Source: Leucoraja erinacea
Taxonomy: Eukaryota
Direction of reading: 5' to 3'
DNA length: 64,000 bases
Assembly: GCF_028641065.1 (NCBI RefSeq)
Contig: NC_073381.1
Coordinates: 81,716,001 to 81,780,000, forward strand
In this document: positions 14,190 to 24,009 of the stretch, piece after piece
How positions within the stretch are numbered: position 1 is the stretch's first letter
Layout of the letters: every line of letters begins with the position of its first letter
The notes under the pieces: generated by a model
What the model was told of the DNA's origin: nothing
Database searches by the model: none
Seen by the model: only the letters and a program-made list of their open reading frames with translations
Made by a program: the position numbers and the translations under genes

Positions 14190-15225
14190 TATTAAGGGAG
14201 TGCAGCGTAGGTTCACAAGGTTAATTCCCGGGATGGCGGGACTGTCATATGTTGAGAGAATGGAGCGGCTGGGCTTGTATACTCTGGAATTTAGAAGGAT
14301 GAGAAGGAATCTTATTGGAACATATAAGATTATTTAGGGTTTGGACACGCTAGAGGCAGGAAACACGTTTCTGATGTTGGGGAGTCCAGAACCAGGGGCC
14401 ACAGTTTAAGAATAAGGGGTAAGCCATTTAGAACGAAGATGAGGAAACACTTTTTCCACTTTGTGAGTTTGTGGAATTCTCTGCCTCAGAGGGTGGTGGA
14501 GGCCAGTTCTCTGGATACTTTCAAGAGAGAGCTAGATAGGGCTCTTAAAGATAGCGGAGTCAGGGGATATGGAGAGAAGGCAAGTTCAAGTTCAAGTTCA
14601 AGTGAGTTCAAGTGAGTTTATTGTCATGTGTCCCTGTATAGGACAATGAAATTCTTGCTTTGCTTAAGCACACAGAAAATAGTAGGCATTTACTACAAAA
14701 CAGATAAATGTGTCCATATACCATGATATAAATATATACACACATGAATAAATAAACTGATAAAGTGCAAATAGCAGAAAGTGGTTATTAATAATCAGAG
14801 TTTTGTCCGAGCCAGGTTTAATAGCCTGATGGCTGTGGGGAAGTAGCTATTCCTGAACCTGGTTGTTGCAGTCTTCAGGCTCCTGTACCTTCTACCTGAA
14901 GGTAGCAGGGAGATGAGTGTGTGGCCAGGATGGTTTAGGTCTTTGATGATACTGCCAGCCTTTTTTGAGGCAGCGACTGCGATAAATCCCCTCGATGGAA
15001 GATGGACAGAGCCGATGATGGACTGGACAGTGTTTACTACTTTTTGTAGTCTTTTCCTCTCCAGGGCGCTCAAATTGCCGAACCAAGCCACGATGCAACT
15101 GGTCAGCATGCTCTCTACTGTGCACCTGTAGAAGTTAGAGAGAGTCTTCTACAGGAACGTAGTACTCAGCCATGATCACATTGAATGGCCAAATGGCCCA
15201 CTCCTGCACCTATTGTCTATTGTTT
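14190..15225. mobile_element. CR1 3' end (+) with a Rex/Babar 3' fragment (-, ~14581-15148) inserted
   Basis: The CR1 tail is split at ggagagaaggca / caggaacg. Minus ORF LTSCIVAWFGN...HPGHTLISLLPSGRRYRSLKT with an (AACTTG)n tail. Confidence 0.8.
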
Positions 15226-16524
15226 ATATATGAACATTTTCTATTCTACATAGTAAAATACATGCACCATTCTGTAACAGTGGCCATTCTTTAGGTTTAT
15301 TGAAAAAATAATAATTTAATTTACCAGCAATTGCAGTTCTGTTTAACGATACAGGATTAATGGCACAAGAGCTAATGAAAGATACTTTCAATTCCAGAGG
15401 AACACATTTTATTTGCACCATTAACCAAAAGGGCAGTCAAATAAAACTAAGAGTTTTGCATACACAAATGTAACTGCTCAAGAGCAAGCTGATCGCTGAA
15501 TGATTAAACTAATCATCATGATCTCAATCTTGCTAAACTACACAAATTATCCAAACATGCAAATAACTAAAATGTTAGTCATCAGTTCAATTCATTTTCC
15601 ATCAGTCCACATTTTGAAGCTTACTGCTGACCTCTCTGCACATTGCAAAACAATGAAGTAATCAGATGCACAATGAATCATATTTTCCATATTAGAAGAC
15701 TGAAATGTAGCCAGATTAGAATTAAAAATATATATTTATCTTTAACAATCTTTTTATCTATATGCTTTTTCTACTTAATTTATCCACTCTGAAGACAGAC
15801 CTAGAGATTTAGACACAGGCATGGGTGCCGGAAGACTGGAGGGTGGCTAATATAGTGTATCTATTTAAGAAGAGCTGTAATGAAGAGCTGAGGAACTATT
15901 AGACACAAAATGCTGGAGTAACTCAGCGGGACAGGCAGCATCTCTGGAATGGGTGACATTCTGTGGTAGGTAAGTTACTGTACATGATTCTGAGGAATAA
16001 AATATATATATGTTTGGATAGAGATGGGGTAGATTATGGATAGTCAGCATGGTTTTGAATGTGAGAGATAGTGTCTTATGAATCTGATCAAGTTTTTTGA
16101 AGTAATCAAAAAGGTCAACAAGTGCAAATCCCTAAACAATGTCTGTTTGGACGACATTTGATAAGGTTTTGCATGATAGGCTGCTCTGGAAGTTTAGATC
16201 GCATGGGATCCAGGAAGAGATAGCTAACTGGATACTGAATTGGCTTCATAGAAGGAAGCAGAGGGTAGTGGTGGAAGGGTGTTTATTTGGACCAGAGGCC
16301 TATGACAAGTGATGTGCCTTAGGGATTGGTGCTGAGCGATTGTTGTTTGTGGTTCATTTCCAACAATTTGGATGAGAATGTACAAGGCAATAATTAGTAA
16401 GTTTGCAGATTACACTAAAGTGGGTGGTGAAGATGGTTATCAAAAGTTACAACATGTTCTTGATCAGGTGGGCAAGTGGGCTGAGGAATAGCTAATTGAG
16501 TTTAATGCAGATAAGTGCAAGGTA

Positions 16525-17262
16525 ATAATAATAATAATACATTTTATTTATGGGCGCCTTTCAAGAGTCTCAAGGACACCTTACAAAAATTTAGCAGGTA
16601 GAGGAAAAACATGTAAGGGGAATGAAATAAATAGTAGAGACATGACTAGTACACAAAGTAAAGACAGAATTCAATACAAAACACAATACGAGGCAATTAA
16701 TGCACAGATGAAAAGGGAGGGGGACGAGGGGCTAAGGATAGGCAGAGGTGAAGAGATGGGTCTTGAGGCGGGACTGGAAGATGGTGAGGGACACGGAATT
16801 GCGGATCAGTTGGGGGAGGGAGTTCCAGAGCCTGGGAGCTGCCCTGGAGAAGGCTCTGTCCCCAAAACTGCGGAGGTGGTCTTGTGGATGGAGAGGAGAC
16901 CGGCTGATGTGGATCTGAGGGACCGTGAGGGCTGGTAGGGGGAGAGGAGGTCAGTGAGATATGAGGGGGCCAGATGGTGGAGGGCTTTGTAGGTGAGGAT
17001 CAGGATTTTGTAGTTGATCCGGTGGGAGATGGGAAGCCAGTGAAGTTGTTTGAGGACTGGAGTGATGTGATGCCAGGATTTGGTGTGGGTGATGAGTCGG
17101 GCGGCTGCGTTCTGGACCAGATGGAGTCGGTTGATGTAGGTGGAGCTGATGCCAAGGAGAAGTGAGTTGCAGTAGTCCAGTCGGGAGGAGATGAAGTCAT
17201 GGGTGAGTCTTTCAGCAGCGGGAGGTGTGAGAGAGGGTCTGAGTTTGGCGATGTTGCGGAGT
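16525..17262 (-). mobile_element. L2-clade LINE 3' fragment
   Basis: The minus strand encodes ..SSRLDYCNSLLLG..VQNAAARLITHTKSWHHITPVLKQLHWLPI.., with an L2-type tail and a (TAT)n end. Confidence 0.8.
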
Positions 17263-17305
17263 GTAGGAAGGTGTAGGAAGGTGTAGGAAGCAACACTTCT
17301 CTGGT

Positions 17306-17333
17306 CTGAAGAAGGGTCTCGACCCGAAACGTC
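17306..17333 (+). ncRNA. Minimal type I hammerhead ribozyme core in a Penelope-like pseudo-LTR
   Basis: CTGAAGA-A-GGGT(CTCG)ACCC-GAAA-C-GTC contains the CUGANGA box, stem II, the GAAA box, a palindromic ACGT stem III and a GUC cleavage triplet. Confidence 0.7.
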
Positions 17334-19637
17334 ATCTATTCCTTATCTCCAGAGATGCTACCTGATCCGCTGAGTTACTCTAGTTTTTTGTATCTATCTT
17401 AAGTACAAGGTGTTGTGTTTTAGGAAGTCATACCAGGGCAGAATCTTCACAGTAAATGGTATGTTCCTGGGGAATGTATGTTCCTGGAGAGCAGAGGGAT
17501 CTTGGAGTACAGGTACAAAGTTCCCTGAAAGTGGCATCACAGGTAGATAGGGTGGTCAAGAAGGATTTTAGACAATAGACAATAGGTGCAGGAGTAGGCC
17601 ATTCGGCCCTTCGAGCCAGCACCACCATTCAATGTGATTATTTTGGTCCATTGACCTTCATCAGTCAAGGTATTGAGTATAGAAATTGGGACCTTTTGTT
17701 ACATTTGTTCAAGATATTGGCGAGGCCACATTTGCAATACTGTGGGTAGTTTTAATCTCCCCACCATCAGAAGGATGTCATTATGCTGGAAATAGTGCAT
17801 AGAAGATTACAAGAGATGTAGCCAGGACTTGAAACAATATGACCTAGGGTATTTGAATATTCTTAAATTTGAGGTTGATTGATACTTGATAAGTAATGAG
17901 GTAAAAGGTCACCGTGGAAAGACAGAATTTTAATCTCAATTCCATATTCCTAACAGTCGTGATCTTATAAAATAGCAGACTTCATGGGCTAACTGGTGCC
18001 CTTAATTCATTCGTAGTCTGTATCGCATGGAGAGGGCAAGATTGGGCACTGAGATGGCAATGGTAATTGGAGGATGCAAGAATCACCTTTTAGTTTAAAA
18101 CCTAATTTGTCGGTTGCAGTTAATTTAATTTTGCAGACTGGTCCCCGCATCTGTTCATACCCCTCATTTGGAGGCTCAGGACTTATGTTATTTAAACTAC
18201 TTTCTTAAACTGGCAAATAATGCACTTCCATGTAATATTGAGCAAGTGCTTCCTTTTTACCATTAAGTTCTCGGGAAACAGAGAATGTGTAAAGGAGTTA
18301 AAATAAATGCTGCATTGACATTATCGACCTTCCAAACCCACGATCAAGGCAGTATTCTTCATGTTAAAGGTTAACAATAGGTTTTCAAAAGCTATTCAGA
18401 TGCTGAGAGCACCATGGTTGATAGCATCTTAGGTATCCACAAATGAAAACGTCAACAATGAGTAGACATTGGGAAGGACACTCTCTGACTGTTTCCTTTC
18501 CATTTCAAGACTGTTAAACAAAAGATTCTCACTTATATTCTCTCGTTGAAATCAATACAAAAACCAGGGATAATTTGGCCTGTGGGCTGCAGGACTACAC
18601 AACAAAAGCAACAAATAAAGATTGTTTGTAATCAATAAAGCTTTTTTTTGCTCATTTTTCAGGGTCAGGGCATCATGCAATACCAGCATTTTTTTTTTGT
18701 TAATCCCAGTTGCAGCTGAATAGAACATCTCCCTAAATCACTTCAGTGGATTCAACCAATACTAAAGACATGGATGAGGGGGCAGAATTAAATGGTACTC
18801 AAGTTTGACATTGACACATAAATATGTGGAAGAGCAAATTGCGATGAGGATATTGTGACCCTGTAATGGGAGTGTGAGAATAAAACTTGGCAATGGAAGT
18901 TTAGTGAGGGAAAGTGTGGTCACTTTGGCAATAGAAAGGAAGATTATCTAATTGGAAAGTAACTTGAACTTAAGGATATTAGAGCATTTAGATATTCTTG
19001 TGTGGCAAGGAATCATAGCCCTGCGTAAACATTCCCTTTCATCCCTGTTTGGAATAGAAAACTCTTTATTCTGAAACACCACCCTCTCCCTCATTTTTAG
19101 ATATCCCTATCAAAAGAAGCATTCTCAGCATTAATTACATTATTTTTCTCAGAATCCATACAAAAGTGGCTTGATTTCTTTAGAGATCAAACCCTACATG
19201 CCAGGAATAAACCTGGTGAACCTTGCACGCACTGCAACAAATGCAAATCTTTCCTTTGTTAAATAGAGGCCAAAACTTTAAGCAGAATGACGGGTGCAAA
19301 CTCTCCAGAACTCTGCAAAGTTGCAAAAGAACCTCCCTCTTTTTATACTCTGTGCCTTTTGAAACAAAAGCTACATTCCTTCAACCTTCCTGATTACTTG
19401 CTGTAACTTCATATTGACACTTTGCATTTCATGCATTAGAACACCAGACCCCTTTCTACCGTAACATTTTGTACTCGCATCCTCTTTAAATAATTGTTTA
19501 CTTTTCCATTCTTACTTCCATTCCCAGGTTTTCCCATATTTACCCTGTCTGCCAACTTCTTTCCAACTCACATATATCCCTTTGAAGGTTCTTTGTATCC
19601 TCTTCAGAAGTTGCTAACCCACCTATCCTTGCTATAA

Positions 19638-20502
19638 TGTATATAATGTAATTAGCATATGTTATGTTTAGTACGAGGGGACACATGAGTCAGCCCAGTT
19701 GAGGGAGAAAGCCGGCCGCGTGAGAAGCGGACCAGCAGCGAGAAAAAAAAGCCCGGCCACGCGTAAAAAGCGGACCGGTCGTGAGAGAAAGCCCGGTCGC
19801 AAGAGACGGCCGTGAGCAGAGAAAGCCTGGTCGGGAGCAGAGTCAGCCCGACCGTGAGCAGAAGAGAGGGTCTGGCCGCGCAAGAGAAGCGGACTGGCCG
19901 AGGGGGAAAGCCCGGACGTGAGAGGAAGTCCAGCCCCGAGCAAAGAGTGGGTCCGCACGAGAGAAGCAGGACAGCACTCAAGCACTTCAGCCCGGTCGGG
20001 AGTAGAGTCGGCCCGGTCGTGAGGGCTGTGGAGACAGCGGGCAGGCAAGTCAGCAGAGCAGCAGTGGTCGACTTCGCAGCGAGCCAGCGGCAGCAAAAGT
20101 AACGGTGAAGCCCGGAGGAGCCAGCAAAAGTGGAGGTCTGGCGAGGCCAGCAGCAAAAGTACCGGTGGGGACAGCTCGAGAGGTCGAGAAGGCACTGAAG
20201 TCCATAGGCCGACAAGCTGGACAAGTGAAATCCATCAAAGTAAAAGCAGGACTGTAGAATGTAATGCGTTGTTCACTATTCCTTCACAGTAAAAGCGGGA
20301 CTGTTTGGATGTAATGCATTGGTCACTGTTATTAATAGTAAATCTGTGTGCATAGCAGGAATATGGTTAAAATGTTCTAAATGTCTATTAACATGAAATG
20401 TTGGTTAATAGTATAAATCTATTATTATAAGAATTAGTAATAGTCAGTGGGCTGGATCACTTCTTAGTGTGTAGAAGGATTAAATCTAGTGCAAAATACA
20501 CA
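19638..20502 (+). mobile_element. Putative 5' LTR of a Gypsy-type element, with GC-rich internal tandem motifs
   Basis: Starts TGTA, ends ..ACACA, has ATTAAA at 20479-20484, and lies 44 bp before a gag-like ATG. No second LTR or clear PBS was seen. Confidence 0.5.
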
Positions 20503-20594
20503 GTGAGAGAAAAGAAGATAGTGCACCTGAATAGCAACAGGTAGCATGGATTTTCAAATTGTAGGAAACATGCCCCAATTAGATTATGGGAGTA

Positions 20595-21608
20595 CAGGTG
20601 CACAACCTTTTATCCGAAAGCCTTGGGACCAGACACTTGTCGGATTTCGGACATTTTCGGATTTCCGAATGGAAGATTTTTAGCGTAGATTAGGTAGGTA
20701 GCGCGGGCGGCTTGAAAAGTCTGGAGCAGCTGCCTCCTCTCCGGAGACCGGGGAATCATTGTAAATCATTGCATAAATGTTAGTCAGTTATTTTGGAGGG
20801 ATTTTATGGGGTGGTGGTGGGGTGTGAAGGGGGAAACTTTAATTCTTAGTCCCCTACCTGGTCGGCGACTCCCAAGCTGAGGGCTCCGTCCGGCCGCGGG
20901 CTGCGCCGGTTGGAGCTCCGACCCCGGCAACTCTACCCCTGGCTGCGAGGCGCTCCAAATCCAGCGCCGCCCGCGGCCGGACGCCCGCAGTCCCAGCTCC
21001 GCGAATGTTGGGAGTCGGCGCCACAGCGCTCCGGAGCTTACCGCACGGCGACCCGGTAAGGCATAGCCCGCTCCCCGCTGGTATCCCAGCGCTGCGACGC
21101 TGCCGACTCCCAACATTCGCGGAGCTGGGGCTGCGAGCGTCCGGTGGATTTGGAGCGCCTCGCAGCCAGGGGTAGAGTTGCCGGGGTTGGAGCTACAACC
21201 GGCGCCGCCCGCGGCCCGCAGCCCCAGCTGGGAGTTGGCGGCCACAGCGCTGCGGAGCTTACTGCACGGCGACCCGGTAAGGCATTGACCGCTCCCCGCC
21301 TCTCCGACCAGGTAGAGGACTAAGAATTAAAGTTTACCCCTTCACCCCCCCCCCCCCCCTTCACATAAAAGCCCTCCAAACTAACTGACTAACATTTAAG
21401 CAATGATTTACAGATGTTTAAGTGTCTCCCCGGTCTCCGGGGAGGAGGCAGCCGCGACAGTAGTACAGACTGGGTTGACCGTGGGTCGTTTCGGGTCAAG
21501 TTTGGCGCCAAACGCGAACTTTGGTGTGCAGATGACATCCTGGGGAAAAATGGCCGGTTTTCGGAGTTTTTCGGTTTCCGGAACACCGGATAAAAGGTTG
21601 TGCACCTG
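20595..21608. mobile_element. Non-autonomous Tc1/mariner-superfamily (pogo/Tigger-like) element, copy 1, 1014 bp
   Basis: 22-bp perfect TIR CAGGTGCACAACCTTTTATCCG; TA TSD (20593-20594 and 21609-21610). Confidence 0.9.
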
Positions 21609-21867
21609 TAATTTTGAGAAATGGACCAAAGTCTTGGAGACTTGTTTCATTTCCAATGATATCGCTGCAGAGGAGAAGAAGAGAGCATGGTTCATATTAG
21701 GCTTAGGAAGAGAGGGTTATCAAACCTTACGTATGTTACTGCTGCCAGCAAAGCCCACAGATAAAATGTATGAGGAGTGTAAGGAGGCTTTAATGGCTCA
21801 TTTCTCGCCAAAACTTCCAAGGGTATCCGGAGGCAAGGAGCCTGAACTAAAGAGGGCAGAGAGTCTC

Positions 21868-23236
21868 TCAAAGGACCAAGGTCAAGTGCAAAAGGACAAA
21901 GGTCAAATGCAAAAGGACAAAGGTCAAGTGCTGTGGCCTGTGTCCTGAGTCCGCTGCACTTCACATTGATGACACATGACTGTGTCCCCAGGTCCACTAC
22001 TAACCATATCATCAAATATGCGGATGACACAACAGTAGTGGGCCTCATCCGCAACAATGACGACCAGGCATACAGAGAGGAGGTGGAGCAGCTGGTGAGC
22101 TGGTGCAGCAGGAACAACCTTCTCCTAAATGTGGACAAAACCAAGGAGATTGTCGTCGACTTCAGAAAGAAAAATCAGCCCAGTCACACTCCGCTGTGCA
22201 TCAACAACTTAGCAGTGGAGCAGGTGAAAAGCATCAAGTTCCTGGGAGTGCATATAACGGATACCTTAACTTGGACTACAAACATCACATCTCTGGTAAA
22301 ACGGGCACAGCAGCGGTTGTTCTTCCTCCGCAGGATGAGAAGATCACACCTCCACCCTCCCATCCTCACCACATTCTACAGAAGCACCATTGAATCAGTC
22401 ATGACCAGCTGCATCTCTATGTGGTGCGGCGGCTGTACAGCTGCGGACTGGAAGTGCCTTCAGAGAGTGGTGAGGACAGCGGAAAAAATCATTGGGACTT
22501 CTCTTCCTTCCATCATGGACATTGGTTACAAACGCTGTCTGACAAGAGCTAAGGGCATTACCAGAGCCCCCACACACCCACAATATGGACTGTTTACACT
22601 GCTGAACTCTGGGAGGAGGTACCGCAGCATGAAGAGCGGGACAACCAGGTTCTGCAACAGCTTCATCCCCCAGGCCATAAGACTATTGAACTCACAATCA
22701 AACCGATGCTAGAACTTTCTTATACATTGCCACTTTTAAAAACTTTCCTATATATCTATTTTACAGAACTATGCACATGAAGCACTTTTTTTGGGCACAC
22801 TAAGCACTTTTACTGATCGTCTGATATAAATGTTATATTCTGCTGCTACTTTGAAGAGTCAATGCAACAAAATTTCGTTCAATGTGCACTGTGTCTATGT
22901 GTATACCTGAATGACAATTAAAGTTATATTTTTAAAAAAGTGCAAAAGGACAAAGGTCAAATGCAAAAGGACAAAGGTTAAGTGCAAAAGGACAATGGTC
23001 AAATGCAAAAGGACAATGGTCAAATGCAAAAGGACAAAGGTCAAGTGCAAAAGGACAAAGGTCAAGTGCAAAAGGACAAAGGTCAAGTGCAAAAGGACAA
23101 AGGTCAAGTGCAAAGGGACACAAGTCAAGTGCAAAAGGACACAAGTCAAGTGCAAAAGGACACAAGTCAAGTGCTAAGGGACACAAGTCAAGTGCAAAAT
23201 GACACAGGTCAAGTGCTAAGGGACGAAGGGCAAATG
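21868..23236 (+). repeat. 21-bp minisatellite (CAAAAGGACAAAGGTCAAGTG), about 3 + 14 units split by the Rex/Babar insertion
   Basis: Directly visible tandem units at 21868-21930 and 22943-23236. Confidence 0.95.
21932..22937 (+). mobile_element. 5'-truncated Rex/Babar LINE with an open RT C-terminal frame
   Basis: 259-aa ORF 21933-22712 with VLSPLHF..KYADDTTVVGLI..LNVDKTKEIVVDFRK; 3' UTR ending aatgacaattaaag; TSD AAGTGC (21926-21931 and 22938-22943). Confidence 0.92.
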
Positions 23237-23437
23237 CAAAGTGGCAGAAGTCAAAGGCAAAGAGAAATTGCCATCCAAAGAGCAACCCTAGCTATTCAAG
23301 CTGCATTCAGGGGTATGAAGGTACAGAGAGAAATCCGGAACAAACAGAAGGCAGCAACGGTAATACAAGCAGCATTTAGAAGGCAGATTGATACAAATAC
23401 ATCGATAGATGCTCCTGAACACATCATCAGTGATGTA

Positions 23438-23567
23438 GTGTTCAAGAAGGAACTGCAGATGCTGGAAGATCGAAGGTACACAAAATTGCTGGAGAAACTC
23501 AGCGGGTGCAGCAGCATCTATGGAGCGAAGAAAATAGGCGACGTTTCGGGCCGAAACCCTTCCTCAG
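23438..23567 (-). mobile_element. Penelope-like pseudo-LTR with an intact hammerhead core (23540-23567)
   Basis: The minus strand reads CTGAGGA-A-GGGT(TTCG)GCCC-GAAA-C-GTC, then the shared gatgctgc..cccgctgagtttctccagc unit. Confidence 0.75.
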
Positions 23568-23569
23568 AG

Positions 23570-23910
23570 CCTGGGGTCATTGGGTGTTTCGGGTCTTTCA
23601 ACATCAGACACCCTCACCCAGGCGACCCAGCCGTGGTTGATCAGACCACGACTTGTGTTCAGGTGGCATTCGCTCCTCCCCATGGACCTCCTATCCTGAT
23701 CCAGAGCCATCTCGAGGCCTTCTCCGTTGCCTCTGTGGTGTTCTTGATGGCCCTTCTCCTTGCCACTCCGTTGATACCCAGTGCACTCAAGGCTTTGTAG
23801 AGCGATTGCCCTGCAAAACCTCTGCAGCCAACCTCGATGGGCATACACCTTGCCTTCCAGCCCTACTTGCGGCAGTCTATGACCAGTTCTTCATATTTGG
23901 CCATCTTCCT
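23570..23910 (-). mobile_element. 3' end of a restriction-like-endonuclease non-LTR retrotransposon (HERO/NeSL-like)
   Basis: KYEELVIDCRK*GWKARCMPIEVGCRGFAGQSL...EATEKASRWLW is the characteristic REL C-terminus. Confidence 0.7.
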
Positions 23911-24009
23911 CTCAGGTCTCGACACCCAGGTCTCGTTGCATCTCCCCTTGTCCTAATCGGCCACCATTTAGATAATAGTCTACTTTCCTGTTTTTGCCAC
24001 ATGTTTGCC

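Larger units (their letters stand above)
15820..17830 (+). mobile_element. Degraded CR1 RT region interrupted by an L2 fragment and Penelope pseudo-LTRs
   Basis: Remnants DFSKAFDKV-like, gtgcctcagggatcggtgctg-like and KFADYTK. The sequence aagtgcaaggt / aagtacaaggt recurs on either side of the 16524-17400 insertion. Confidence 0.7.
20546..23437 (+). pseudogene. Interrupted Gypsy-type gag-like ORF with 7-aa repeats and IQ motifs (segments 20546-20594, 21611-21931, 22944-23437)
   Basis: Removing two insertions and one copy of each TSD gives MDFQIVGNMPQLDYGSNFEKWTKVLETCFISNDIAAEEKKRAWFILGLGREGYQTLRMLLLPAKPTDKMYEECKEALMAHFSPK, then (QKDKGQV)n, then IQAAFRGMKVQR..IQAAFRR. One TAA at 22979-22981. 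Confidence 0.75.

Noticed and set aside
19652-20238. ORFs of 96-190 aa in the GC-rich repeat block
   Set aside because: Tandemly repetitive LTR-like sequence with no protein motif.
21403-21610. N-terminus of the 181-aa ORF 21403-21948
   Set aside because: It lies inside the inserted DNA transposon. The real gag start is at 20546.
21868-23236. CRISPR-like array
   Set aside because: The units are contiguous with no unique spacers, there are no cas genes, and the DNA is eukaryotic. The same applies to 41380-42002.
22895-23285. Repetitive ORFs in other frames (LLHLTFV, KCKRTKV, ALDLCPF repeats)
   Set aside because: By-products of a largely stop-free 21-bp minisatellite. Only the QKDKGQV frame is continuous with the gag and IQ segments.
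23438-23800. C-terminal half of the 272-aa ORF 22982-23800 as real protein
   Set aside because: It reads through the antisense strands of a Penelope pseudo-LTR and a HERO-like fragment, so it is chance read-through.
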